From Desulfobacteraceae bacterium Eth-SRB1 (GTDB lineage Bacteria; Desulfobacterota; Desulfobacteria; Desulfobacterales; ETH-SRB1): a stretch of 64,000 nucleotides of DNA. Of this stretch, positions 1 through 9,470 are shown in pieces. How positions within the stretch are numbered: the first letter of the stretch is position 1; each line of letters starts with the position of its first letter. The DNA is taken from assembly GCA_004193555.1 (NCBI GenBank), contig RPGP01000001.1, forward strand, positions 27,367-91,366. The letters run 5' to 3'. The notes under the pieces were generated by a model. That model was not told where the DNA came from and did no database searches. It was given only the letters and a program-made list of their open reading frames with translations. Position numbers and translations under genes: made by a program.

Positions 1-2
1 TC

Positions 3-1316
3 AGCAGCTCTGGAAATATTCCCATTACTTTCTTTGAGAATTGCTAAAATATAACTCTGGTGAAAGGCCTTGATGACGTTTTCTTTGGCCTCCTTAAAGG
101 GTATGTCATAAATAGCCTGATCAAAAAGAAAACAGGGAGGTATGTGGGACTTTTCGGGAAAAATATCCGATAGTTCAATGTGGTCGGAACGGCAAAAGAC
201 AACACCCCGTTCAATAACATTTTCCAGCTCTCTGACGTTTCCGTTCCACCTTTGGGCCATGAGTGCGGACATGGCTTCAGGGTCAATCCGGCGTATCTCT
301 TTTTTGTTGAGCATTGTATATTTTTCAAGAAAATGATGTGCCAGGGTTGGAATATCCTCTTTTCTGTCACGAAGCGGGGGAAGCTGAAAATTGATCACGT
401 TAAGGCGGTAGAACAGGTCTTCTCGAAATCGCTTTTCCGCTATCAGTTTTGTCAGATCTTGATTTGTAGCAGCTAAAAATCGTATATCGACATGTTTTGT
501 GGTCAATCCGCCTACAGGCTTGCACTCTGCCTCCTGCAAGAGCCGAAGCAGTTTTGCCTGCATCGACATGTTTAGATCTCCGATCTCATCAAAAAAAAGG
601 GTCCCTCTGTCCGCTTCTTCGATCAAGCCTTTTTTGTCTTTCCATGCTCCGGTAAAGGCCCCTTTAACATGTCCGAAAAGTTCGCTTTCAATGATCTGTT
701 CAGGCATGGCTGTGCAGTTAACCGTGATAAACGGATTGTCATTCCGGTGGCTGTGATAATGGATAGCCCTGGCCACAAGTTCTTTCCCTGTGCCGCTTTC
801 GCCGTAGATCAAGACCGTGGCGCTTGATTGCGCCACCTGTTCGATCCTTCTTAGAATCGACGTAACGACCGGGCTGGACCCGATAATGGAAAAGAACTTT
901 TTTTGCTGTTTGAGGGACTTGAGCAAGGCTTTATTTTCCCGAGCAAGGTTCTGCAACTTCATTGCATTGTTAATTGTCAGCAATATGCGTTCTTTGCGGA
1001 AAGGTTTGGCAATATAGTCAAAAGCCCCTTTGCGGGTGGCTTCCACAGCGGTTTCAATAGTAGCATAGGCAGTCATGACGACAACAACGGCGGCTGGTTG
1101 AATTTTTTTAACCTGATCAAGCAGAGCGATTCCATCCATCTTAGGCATTTTCAGATCGGTGATTACCATGTTAATTTGCTGGTTTTCCAGCATTTCAATC
1201 GCTTTCAAAGGATTATGCGTGGTCACCACATCATAATCTGTCTTTTCGGTTATAATCCTTGTCAGAAGGATCAGCATGTCTTTTTCATCATCTACGATCA
1301 AAATTTTTCCGCTCAT
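3..1316 (-). CDS. Sigma-54-dependent response regulator (REC-AAA+), 3' end runs off the window
   Basis: Manual translation from ATG at 1316: MSGKILIVDDEKDML..., Walker A GESGTGKE, ESELFGHVKGAFTGA, LFFDEIG. Missing from the ORF track because its stop lies outside the window. Confidence 0.93.
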   Translation of the reverse strand, partial: MSGKILIVDDEKDMLILLTRIITEKTDYDVVTTHNPLKAIEMLENQQINMVITDLKMPKMDGIALLDQVKKIQPAAVVVVMTAYATIETAVEATRKGAFDYIAKPFRKERILLTINNAMKLQNLARENKALLKSLKQQKKFFSIIGSSPVVTSILRRIEQVAQSSATVLIYGESGTGKELVARAIHYHSHRNDNPFITVNCTAMPEQIIESELFGHVKGAFTGAWKDKKGLIEEADRGTLFFDEIGDLNMSMQAKLLRLLQEAECKPVGGLTTKHVDIRFLAATNQDLTKLIAEKRFREDLFYRLNVINFQLPPLRDRKEDIPTLAHHFLEKYTMLNKKEIRRIDPEAMSALMAQRWNGNVRELENVIERGVVFCRSDHIELSDIFPEKSHIPPCFLFDQAIYDIPFKEAKENVIKAFHQSYILAILKESNGNISRAA

Positions 1317-1335
1317 GTTCCGTCTTCCTTCTTTA

Positions 1336-1492
1336 GGGTTCGCTCAAAAATAAATTGGCAATTTTAAGTGTTGAGGCGCCCGGCTGGCAAGGCGCGAAAG
1401 CGCAGGAATATCAGGCATATTCCGAACTTTCGCAACGCAGCAAGGCGGGATGCATCGGCGCTTAAAATGTTAAGTTATTTTTGAGCGAGCCC
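1336..1492. mobile_element. Fold-back MITE-like palindromic element (~157 bp)
   Basis: Ends GGGTTCGCTCAAAAATAA / TTATTTTTGAGCGAGCCC, internal arms also pair, flanked by TTA on both sides (1333-1335, 1493-1495). Confidence 0.75.
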
Positions 1493-2807
1493 TTACCCTT
1501 AAGGCCAGTTTAAAAGCAGTTCCTCTAAGTTTTTCTGAGGTATCTATTGTGCTGCTTTCGCACGTAATGGTTCCTTTATATTTATTTATAATACCGTGGC
1601 TTACAAAAAGTCCAAGACCTGTTCCTTCTCCCTCGCTCTTGGTGGTAAAAAACGGGTCGAATATCTTGTCGATATATTCTTTTGGTATGCCATGACCATT
1701 GTCACGAACTATTACAATTATTTTTTCAAGATCAGCATCTAACGCTGTTTTGATCTCTAACCTGCCGTTTTGCTCCATAGCTGCCACAGCGTTGTTAATG
1801 AGGTTTAATAAGACCTGCTGCATTTGCCGCGAATCGCCCTCTATCATGGGGAGTCCGGAGGCCATATCCAGTCGAAGTTCAATATCATTCATCTGTAATG
1901 AATGATCGACCACATTAACGATATCCTTGATAGCCTCATTGATATCACAATGCACAAACCGACCTTCTCCCTGGCGTGCAAAGCTCAAAAGGTTTTCCAC
2001 CACCGCCTTGCAATGGAGGCCGTGGCGCTCGATAGTTTTCAGGTCCTGGTGGCTTTGACTGTTTTTCTCAGCATTTTCCAGCAGGAGATCTGTAAACCCT
2101 AATATAATCCCAAGAGGGTTGTTGATCTCGTGCGCTACTCCTGCTGCCAGTGTTCCCATTGATGCAAGCTTTTCGGTATTAACAAGCTGTTTTTCCAGCT
2201 TCTTGCTTTCTGTAATATCCCTGGCTATACACAGAACCGAAATTACATTGCCATTCTCATCCTTGCGGGGCATGAAGTTAGCGCTGAGCCATATCTGGTA
2301 TTCCCCTCTCGTCAGCATAAACTCATCCCGCATGCTTTTTCCAAACCTGAAGACCGATTTAATAAGCTTGAGTTGTTTTTCGGCAATTTCCTGTGAAAAA
2401 AGCTTTGAAAGCGGCCGGCCTGTAAATTGCGAAGGGACACCTCCAAAAAAAGCAGCGGTAAAGCTGTTGAGAGATCGAAAGCGGCCGGAGTTGTCTACAG
2501 TAAAAATAAAGTCTTCGGCGCTTTCCACCAAAATCCGGTATCTCTCCTGGCATTGTTTGATTTCTTTCGATTGACCTGAAATCTGATTTTGAAAGCCTGT
2601 AAAACGCCATCGGCCATAACATAAAGCGCTCCCCATTCCTATAAATAAAGCAAAAATGCCCAGGCTTTGAAGCCAGACAAAGCTGTTATGGCCGGCATAG
2701 GACAATCGCACGCCTGCTATCAGTGTCAGAATAAAGCAGAAAAGACTGATACTCCAGGCAATTATCAGAACAGCTCTAATGAGTTTAAGTCGGTTTTGGA
2801 AGTCCAT
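1470..2807 (-). CDS. Membrane PAS-domain sensor histidine kinase
   Basis: Two N-terminal TM segments, PAS (YRILVESAEDFIFTVD), H-box LAAGVAHEINNPLG, HATPase DPFFTTK..GTGLGL. Confidence 0.93.
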   Translation of the reverse strand: MDFQNRLKLIRAVLIIAWSISLFCFILTLIAGVRLSYAGHNSFVWLQSLGIFALFIGMGSALCYGRWRFTGFQNQISGQSKEIKQCQERYRILVESAEDFIFTVDNSGRFRSLNSFTAAFFGGVPSQFTGRPLSKLFSQEIAEKQLKLIKSVFRFGKSMRDEFMLTRGEYQIWLSANFMPRKDENGNVISVLCIARDITESKKLEKQLVNTEKLASMGTLAAGVAHEINNPLGIILGFTDLLLENAEKNSQSHQDLKTIERHGLHCKAVVENLLSFARQGEGRFVHCDINEAIKDIVNVVDHSLQMNDIELRLDMASGLPMIEGDSRQMQQVLLNLINNAVAAMEQNGRLEIKTALDADLEKIIVIVRDNGHGIPKEYIDKIFDPFFTTKSEGEGTGLGLFVSHGIINKYKGTITCESSTIDTSEKLRGTAFKLALRVRARSKIT

Positions 2808-3059
2808 CCGGGTCGCTTTTGATAGTTCATCAAAGACTTTTTACAAAATTAATTATTATAATCGGAAATGCCTTTAATGCAAGAAAAAGATCGAGCCCAG
2901 AAAGTATCGTTTTTTTGGCAGGGTTGCGAGTTTGGCTATTGAAAGATTGCGCTAAAGTGTTGTATAGGAATATACACAAGTTATTTTGGAGATCACCCAT
3001 TTTTTTGCCTTAATTAACTACAACTAATCGGGAGATGATCCTTAATTTTAAATACGGAG

Positions 3060-4175
3060 ATGCCGTTGTTTAAAACCACGATGGAAGAGGCGCGCCTTCC
3101 TCTGATGATCGCAGACAGCAAAGGCCGGATAATCTTTGCCAACAGATGTTTGGAAGACTCTATGGGATATACCCGGGCGGAGTTTTTGCATGGCAGCCTG
3201 CGGGATTTGTGCGCACCCTATGAACAAAACCGGTATATTTTCTCCTGTTTGCCTGATATCAAAAGGACGACCGAGGTTGATATTGATCTTCAGCGAAAAA
3301 ATGATGAGATATTTATGGCAAATGTTTCTTTTGCTCCCTTTGATTACCGGCAGGCGCTGCATTTACTTATAGTAGTTAGAGACGTAACTGTCAGGCGGCT
3401 CCAGGAAGCAAAAACGCGGGAAGATGAGGAGCGATTCCGCACGCTTCTTGCAGAACGGAATATGTTGCAGGATCAGCTTCATCGATGCAGCAAGATTGCC
3501 TTCATGGGTGAACTGGCAGCAGGCATTGCCCACGAAATCAACAATCCCCTTGGTATTATCTTAGGGTTTGTGCAGGATATTTTAGAAGAGATTCCTTTGA
3601 ATGATCCTTTAATTGAATCGCTCAAAATTATCGAAAAAGAGACAGCCCGGTGTGTAGATGTAGTCAAAAACCTTTTGGATTTTGCCCGGTTAAAGCACCC
3701 TGAGAGGATTTCTGTGGACATCGTTGAGCTTCTTGAAGGTTCAATTGCATTAATGACCCCCGGAATCAAGAAAAACAAGGTGATTATCAAGAGGGATTTT
3801 GGGGGGAAAACACCTCTTCTCAAGCTTGATCCACAGCTTATCCAGCAAGTTTTTCTTAATGTAATGATTAATGCTATTCAGGCAATGCCTGATGCAGGTG
3901 TTCTTTCTCTTAGTATGGGTCTTATACGTAAAGGGCAAGTGAAGGAATCCGGCGATTGTATCCGGATCAGCATATCAGATACAGGTAACGGAATATCCCA
4001 AAAGGCTCTCCATCGTGTTTTTGATCCATTTTTTACTACTAAAGGAAGCAAGGGAACAGGATTGGGGCTGTCTGTTTGTCAGCGTATTATGGAAGACCAC
4101 AGAGGAAAAATTGAAATAGAGAATAGAAAGGAAGCAGGAACTATATGCAACCTTTATTTTCCGATAAAAGACTGA
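3060..4175 (+). CDS. Cytoplasmic PAS histidine kinase
   Basis: PAS N-terminus without TM segments, AHEINNPLG H-box, FDPFFTTKGSKGTGLGL. Confidence 0.93.
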   Translation: MPLFKTTMEEARLPLMIADSKGRIIFANRCLEDSMGYTRAEFLHGSLRDLCAPYEQNRYIFSCLPDIKRTTEVDIDLQRKNDEIFMANVSFAPFDYRQALHLLIVVRDVTVRRLQEAKTREDEERFRTLLAERNMLQDQLHRCSKIAFMGELAAGIAHEINNPLGIILGFVQDILEEIPLNDPLIESLKIIEKETARCVDVVKNLLDFARLKHPERISVDIVELLEGSIALMTPGIKKNKVIIKRDFGGKTPLLKLDPQLIQQVFLNVMINAIQAMPDAGVLSLSMGLIRKGQVKESGDCIRISISDTGNGISQKALHRVFDPFFTTKGSKGTGLGLSVCQRIMEDHRGKIEIENRKEAGTICNLYFPIKD

Positions 4176-4200
4176 TGAATTCATCAGCACCAAGATTGAG

Positions 4201-5577
4201 GTGGATACAGTGTTAGCGAAGATTTTAGTGGTGGATGATGAGCAGCACATGCTCAAGCTGTTTGAAAAAATCCTTACAAAGCAAGGCCATGATGTCCGAA
4301 CCTCTGCCAGCGGAACCGAGGCGGTCGGTCTATTGGAAAATAATGACTTTGATCTGATATTTTCCGATCTTGTGATGCCCGACCTTGATGGCATGGACCT
4401 GTTAAAGAAGGTGAAAGCCGGATATTCGGATATTCCTTTTATTGTAATTACAGCCTATGGCTCTATCGAATCCGCGGTTGAGGCTATGAAGACAGGCGCA
4501 TTCGACTATCTGACCAAGCCTTTCCGCAAAGATGATATTCTTCTCGCAGTAGGCAAGGCCTTAAAATATTGCGAACTTTGTAATGAGGTCAAACGGCTCC
4601 GCAAAAAGCTGAAAGACAAAGATGGGATTAAAAAGATTATCGGCAAGAGCAAAGCCGTGCAGAATGTGTTGAAACTCGTTGCCAGGGTGGCAGACAGCCA
4701 GGCTACGGTCCTGATCCAGGGAGAAAGCGGCACAGGCAAGGAGTTAATCGCCCGGCTTATCCACAACCTGAGCAGACGGAGAGACATGCCTTTTATAGCT
4801 GTGGATTGCGGTGTTTTCCCGGAACATCTTTTGCAGAGTGAACTCTTCGGCCATGTCAAAGGGGCATTTACAGGAGCAGTTCAAGACAAGAAAGGGTTGT
4901 TTATTGCGGCAGACAGAGGCACGCTTTTTTTAGATGAAATCGGGACCATCTCTCAGGCCATGCAGTTAAATCTGCTCCGTGTGCTTCAGGAAAAAGAGGT
5001 AAGGCCGGTAGGCAGCGTTACGAATATCAAAGGAGATGTGCGGGTGGTGGCAGCCACAAGCGTTGACCTTGAGCAAGCCATGCTTGATGGAAGGTTCCGA
5101 AGGGATCTTTACTACCGGCTGGCTGTGGTCACCGTCGATCTGCCCCCCTTGAGGGAAAGAAGGTCTGATATCACTGCGCTGGCATTTCACTTTATGCGAA
5201 AATATGCTGCGATTTATGACAGAAAACTCACCGATATCACGCCGGAGGCCATGCATGCCATTATGGAAAATCCGTGGACTGGAAATGTCAGAGAGCTTGA
5301 GAACGTCATGGAACGCGCAGTGCTTCTAAGCGCCGGTCAACTTATTGATGAAACTTCGCTGCCCCTGCCTGTCAGGCAAGGGATGTCGCATAAAACCAGG
5401 GGGTTGGAATCGTTCAAGAACGCAAGCAAGACCGCGGGCCGTAACGCGGAAAGGAAAGCTATATTAAAGACACTGGAAGGGACCGGCGGCAATAAAACAA
5501 AGGCAGCCAGGATTTTAGGGATAAGTCGAAGTTCATTGTATAATAAAATATGCGAGTTTGGAATTGGGAAATCGTAA
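4201..5577 (+). CDS. NtrC/AtoC-family sigma-54 response regulator
   Basis: REC (VVDDE, SDLVMP), [24 protein letters not shown], Fis HTH GNKTKAARILGISRSSLYNK. Confidence 0.95.
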   Translation: MDTVLAKILVVDDEQHMLKLFEKILTKQGHDVRTSASGTEAVGLLENNDFDLIFSDLVMPDLDGMDLLKKVKAGYSDIPFIVITAYGSIESAVEAMKTGAFDYLTKPFRKDDILLAVGKALKYCELCNEVKRLRKKLKDKDGIKKIIGKSKAVQNVLKLVARVADSQATVLIQGESGTGKELIARLIHNLSRRRDMPFIAVDCGVFPEHLLQSELFGHVKGAFTGAVQDKKGLFIAADRGTLFLDEIGTISQAMQLNLLRVLQEKEVRPVGSVTNIKGDVRVVAATSVDLEQAMLDGRFRRDLYYRLAVVTVDLPPLRERRSDITALAFHFMRKYAAIYDRKLTDITPEAMHAIMENPWTGNVRELENVMERAVLLSAGQLIDETSLPLPVRQGMSHKTRGLESFKNASKTAGRNAERKAILKTLEGTGGNKTKAARILGISRSSLYNKICEFGIGKS

Positions 5578-5580
5578 AAT

Positions 5581-5730
5581 GAGATGAACGTCCAACATCG
5601 AACATCCAACATCGAATTTCGAATAAGGAAAGCGCCTTTGGCGTTGCCAATTTTATTTGAATTAATTGAGCGAAGCGACTCCTTAACTTTAGGCACTTTA
5701 ACATACTTTAGTTCACTTTTAGGCACTTCA
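5581..5730. repeat. Composite short tandem repeats (AACATCG heptamers; ACTTTAGGC-like nonamers)
   Basis: GAACGTCCAACATCGAACATCCAACATCG, then TTCCTT/GCGCCTTTGGCG and ACTTTAGGCACTTT units that recur at 41520-41620. Confidence 0.75.
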
Positions 5731-5801
5731 TGTTCCCGATCAAAGATAGAAACCACCTCTAAAAAGTGTAAATTGGTAAATGAAGGAGGCTCCATATCAT
5801 T

Positions 5802-6365
5802 ATGAAACAATCATTGCTTGTCCATGAATCTCCCTCAATCGTCCGCATAGTTACATCGCTCCTTGAAGGCGATGGATATGAGGTCACATGCATGGAAAAT
5901 GGTAAGGCCGCTCTACAAAACGTGACAGGGCTGAAATATGATGTTCTTGTCACAGGATTAAATATACCGGAGATGAACGGCCTGGAATTGATAAAAAATA
6001 TCAGGCTTCGAAATAATTGTATTCCCATTATAATTCTGTCCAACACAAAAAGTGTTGAGACAGCGGTTGAGGCAATGCGGATCGGAGCTGACGATTTTGT
6101 CGTTGAAAAGACTGAGAATCTTGGGAAAACGTTTCTTTTTGTTATTGAAAGAGCTATACAATCGAAGAGAGCGGAAAGACGCCTGCAGATATACGAATCT
6201 AATCTTCCGATATGCATGCATTGCAAGAGGATACGTTATGAGAGGGAAAATGCGAAGAAAGTATGGGTTCCTATTGAGGAGTATTTTAACGAGAAAATGT
6301 CCGGAGTAAATTTTTCTCATGGAATATGCCCCGAATGCATTAACAAATATTATCCTGATACATAG
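5802..6365 (+). CDS. Atypical response regulator with C-terminal Cys/His (putative Zn-binding) domain
   Basis: REC-like N-terminus; C-terminal LPICMHCKRIR...FSHGICPEC. Confidence 0.85.
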   Translation: MKQSLLVHESPSIVRIVTSLLEGDGYEVTCMENGKAALQNVTGLKYDVLVTGLNIPEMNGLELIKNIRLRNNCIPIIILSNTKSVETAVEAMRIGADDFVVEKTENLGKTFLFVIERAIQSKRAERRLQIYESNLPICMHCKRIRYERENAKKVWVPIEEYFNEKMSGVNFSHGICPECINKYYPDT

Positions 6366-6443
6366 CCGTTCACGGCTTGAAACTTGAAATTGGAAAGAAC
6401 AGCACAAAAGCATGAAGGCCAAATTTCCAATTTCTATTTTCGT
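6363..6443. repeat. GCCGTTCACGG + GAAATTG/GAAACTT heptamer repeat family
   Basis: TAGCCGTTCACGGCTTGAAACTTGAAATTGGAAAG; near-identical copies at ~11582, ~26768 and inverted at 29746-29780. Confidence 0.75.
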
Positions 6444-6534
6444 AATAATTTAGCGTTTTGAAAATTTGACTGTTTTCGTTGAGATATTGTTAGCTCGAAA
6501 AAGCATTATTTGAATGTCGAATATGGAACATATT

Positions 6535-6659
6535 AAAAGATGAACGTCCAACATCGAACATCGAATAATGAAATCGCTTCGCTCCGTCAGTTTATAGATT
6601 GGCAGAATACCTTATTCAACATTCGATGTTGGACGTTCGATGTTCGATGTTCATTTTTT
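6535..6659. repeat. Palindromic AACATCG-heptamer element (~125 bp)
   Basis: ATGAACGTCCAACATCGAACATCG ... CGATGTTGGACGTTCGATGTTCGATGTTCAT; same core (TCGCT.CGCTC...CAGAATACCTTATTC) at 26838-26957. Confidence 0.8.
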
Positions 6660-6665
6660 ATAGAA

Positions 6666-6703
6666 GTGTCCAAACAAATGGACACTGTCCATCATTCTGA
6701 ACA
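6666..6703. promoter_or_regulatory. Two adjacent palindromic sites, putative enhancer (UAS) of a sigma-54 activator
   Basis: GTGTCCA-N6-TGGACAC (6666-6685) and TGTCCA-N6-TGAACA (6686-6703), about 100-135 bp upstream of a -24/-12 motif. Confidence 0.6.
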
Positions 6704-6800
6704 AAAATACACTCTTCCACTACCAGCCCAGCCAGCCTCACCATTAATAATTAAATGTTAATACAACAAGTTATCGTTTTGCATCGTTAACCCTCCTCCT

Positions 6801-6816
6801 TGGTATAGTTCCTGCT
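6801..6816 (+). promoter_or_regulatory. Putative sigma-54 (-24/-12) promoter of the RR/DASS transporter operon
   Basis: TGGTATAGTTCCTGCT: GG-N10-GC spacing; sigma-54 activator genes lie just upstream. Confidence 0.65.
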
Positions 6817-6917
6817 TAAATTAAAGTAATTGAAAATCGATCTCGTCGTAAAAAACATAAAATGTCCCTGTCTTTGCTTTGGAAAAAACAGAGTTGGAAA
6901 ACCTTTGAAAGAGACTT

Positions 6918-7283
6918 ATGGCGTACAAGATTCTGATTGTTGATGATGAAGAGAACATGCAGGTGCTCTTAAAGCGCGTGCTGAGCAAAGCGGGCTACGA
7001 TGTTGAATGCGCAGGCTCAGGACCGGAAGCTCTGCGATTAGCCGAAAATAATCGTTTTGATCTGGCTGTCGTCGATGTTTGCATGCCGGAGATGGACGGA
7101 ATCGAGGTGCTGGAAGAACTCAAAGACATTAACAGTCAAATGCCGGTAGTTATGATATCAGCCTATCCGTCGTGGGGTAAAAAAGAGACCGCAGGGCGCC
7201 TGGGCTGTACTGATTATTTGTCTAAACCGGTGGACATGAAATATTTAAAGAAGCTTATCAAGAAAGAGCTTGGTGGTTATTAG
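6918..7283 (+). CDS. Single-domain response regulator
   Basis: ILIVDDE, VVDVCMPEMDG, YLSKPV; 121 aa. Confidence 0.92.
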   Translation: MAYKILIVDDEENMQVLLKRVLSKAGYDVECAGSGPEALRLAENNRFDLAVVDVCMPEMDGIEVLEELKDINSQMPVVMISAYPSWGKKETAGRLGCTDYLSKPVDMKYLKKLIKKELGGY

Positions 7284-7295
7284 GGGGGGGGTGAT

Positions 7296-7748
7296 ATGGT
7301 GGAAAACGTCAGGACAATGGAGATCGAGGACCAGCCCCGACAAATGGGTGATGTCCAGGAAAACGCCATGTACTGTAATAGAAAACATGTGCAAAAAAGG
7401 CCACTGGGAATTACGCTGTTAGGTATTTTCATGCTGGCAGGCGGTATGTTCTGCATATGTGCAGGGCTTTCGGAGAGTCCTGCCGGGATTTTGGGAATCG
7501 CGGTTTCAGGAATGCCGGCAGCTGTGATCCATTTTCTCCATGCGGGAGTCAGTTTATATATATTTGCCGGGTTCCTGAAATTAAGGAGAAACGCATGGAC
7601 TGTGTACATGATATTTTTTGCATTCGGCATTACAAATAACCTGATAACAATGATGTCGTCAATCTCGGTCAACCAGTTGGCGACCGTCATGCTCATGTGC
7701 CTGTTCGGATATTATGTTCATGGCAAAAAAGAGATATTCGTTAATTAA
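7296..7748 (+). CDS. Hypothetical membrane protein (~4 TM)
   Basis: Hydrophobic segments after RPLGITLLGIF; operonic position; start uncertain. Confidence 0.65.
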   Translation: MVENVRTMEIEDQPRQMGDVQENAMYCNRKHVQKRPLGITLLGIFMLAGGMFCICAGLSESPAGILGIAVSGMPAAVIHFLHAGVSLYIFAGFLKLRRNAWTVYMIFFAFGITNNLITMMSSISVNQLATVMLMCLFGYYVHGKKEIFVN

Positions 7749-7819
7749 TGCCCCCGCCTTTTCCCAAGAGATGAGGTGAGGATAATATGGTTAATAATAG
7801 ATAAGGAGGGAAACATAAA

Positions 7820-9439
7820 ATGGAACATGGAACTGCAGTATCAATACAACACAAGCCTTTTTCCTGGCCATGGTGGAAGGGAGCCCCCGGGCAGATACCG
7901 ATTGTCGTACTCGGTATCATTATCTTTTTTGTTACGCTCGTTTACATAGTTCCCACGCCCCAGAGCATGATAGACCTCGTGCAGCAGGAGAACGTCAAGG
8001 GCGCCAAGTACAAGGCAGGCACCAACAATTACGTGGATTCATACAATAAGCTTATGAAAAGCGATTTCACCCCTGAGGAAGTGGCCCACAAGATGGTACT
8101 GTGCGTGGCCATGCTTTTTAGTGTTGCTCTTCTCTGGGGCACAGAGGCGATCACTCTGGCTGCAACCGATATCCTTGTCGGGCTTATTCTGTATATTTTT
8201 ATGATTCTGCCTATCAATGAGATATCGAAAGCCTACATGAAGGATGCAGTATTCTTTATCCTCGGCGTGCTTGTCCTGGCCGCTGCAGTGGGCGTAACAG
8301 GGCTTGACAGGAGAATCGGCAATATCCTTTTAGGCAAGATCAAGGGATTGAAGGGTTTTTGTTTTATCTTCTTTCCGGTTCTGGCTGTAATTTCCGGTTT
8401 TCTTTCAGAACATGCCCTGGTCGCCCTTTTGTGTCCGATCCTGGTACTGGTATATATGGAAGGAGAAAAAGCAGGCTGCAGCAAGAAAGAGCTTCAAGCC
8501 CTGGCCTGCACCTTGTTTTTGGGGATATGTTTTGCCGCGAACGTTGGTGGATCAGGTTCCCCTGCGGTTGGCGGCCGTGCGGCTATCATGGTAGGTTATT
8601 TCAGCGACTATGGCATGCCCATGAGCTTTGGCCGGTGGATGATGTACGGCCTGCCGGTAGTTCCCCCTCTTGCCCTGGCCTGTGGTCTGTGGATATATAT
8701 ATCCGTAGCTCGCAAGACCGGCCCCGCCCGGACCATGGACTTGGGCAGTGTAATGAGAAAAGGCGTTGAGGGAATAGGACCTTTGCGGGGAAAAGAGCTT
8801 CTCATGGCCATTTTCTTTGCTGCCCAGGTTGTCCTCTGGATAGGCGCCAGCGCAATAATCGGTCTGGGAGGCGCGACTATGCTGATAGTATTTTTTATTC
8901 TTGTAACAAAATTGATGACATGGGAAGATGTCCAGCAAAGGGTGCGTTTTGATGTTGTGGGACTGTACGCAGGTGCCTGCGCTATGGGTGTTGCCCTGAA
9001 ATACACGGGCGCCGGTGTGTGGATAGCCCAGAATTTTGTAAACCTGCTGCCGGAGGCTTTTCACACAGGCATGGGTATCGTGGTGGCATCAAGCCTGATC
9101 ACTACTATTGTGACCAACTTCATGAGTGACGGCGCGGCAGTCGGCGCATTAGGTCCTGTAGTTCTCCCCATGGCCGCCATAGGAGATGTACACCTGTGGA
9201 AAGTAGGGCTCGCCTGCTCATTCGGGTCTTCCTATGCCCACGCTATGATCGTCGGCACAGTAAACAACGCTATTGCCTACGGGCTGGCAAAACATCCGGA
9301 GACAGGGGAACAGCTTCTCACTCCCCTGGACTTTGTCCGCGTTGGTCTTCCCTTTGTATTTATATCAATGGCGATTCTCTGGCTTGTGGCCTTCTTCGGG
9401 TACTGGCAGATTCTGCCCTGGCCTGCGGTTACAGGTTAA
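7820..9439 (+). CDS. DASS/SLC13 family Na+:divalent anion symporter (possible sulfate or dicarboxylate transporter)
   Basis: Strong RBS AAGGAGG; ~13 TM; motifs SGFLSEHA, ANVGGSGSPAVGGRA, TNFMSDGA, GTVNNAIAY. Confidence 0.88.
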   Translation: MEHGTAVSIQHKPFSWPWWKGAPGQIPIVVLGIIIFFVTLVYIVPTPQSMIDLVQQENVKGAKYKAGTNNYVDSYNKLMKSDFTPEEVAHKMVLCVAMLFSVALLWGTEAITLAATDILVGLILYIFMILPINEISKAYMKDAVFFILGVLVLAAAVGVTGLDRRIGNILLGKIKGLKGFCFIFFPVLAVISGFLSEHALVALLCPILVLVYMEGEKAGCSKKELQALACTLFLGICFAANVGGSGSPAVGGRAAIMVGYFSDYGMPMSFGRWMMYGLPVVPPLALACGLWIYISVARKTGPARTMDLGSVMRKGVEGIGPLRGKELLMAIFFAAQVVLWIGASAIIGLGGATMLIVFFILVTKLMTWEDVQQRVRFDVVGLYAGACAMGVALKYTGAGVWIAQNFVNLLPEAFHTGMGIVVASSLITTIVTNFMSDGAAVGALGPVVLPMAAIGDVHLWKVGLACSFGSSYAHAMIVGTVNNAIAYGLAKHPETGEQLLTPLDFVRVGLPFVFISMAILWLVAFFGYWQILPWPAVTG

Positions 9440-9470
9440 ATGATAAGCGCCGAACAAAGGAAATAAACAG

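Noticed and set aside
2961-2976. Perfect palindrome TGTATA-GGAA-TATACA between divergent kinase genes
   Set aside because: Plausible operator, but a single AT-rich instance with no assignable regulator.
5337-6761. Short ORFs such as 5584-5805 and 6540-6761 (MNVQHRTSN...), also 26727-26930 and 11398-11880
   Set aside because: They are translations of heptamer repeats or palindromic elements; their similarity to one another comes from the DNA repeat.
7283-7291. G9 homopolymer as a phase-variation switch
   Set aside because: It lies between a stop codon and the next start, acting as the RBS region; length change would not shift a frame.
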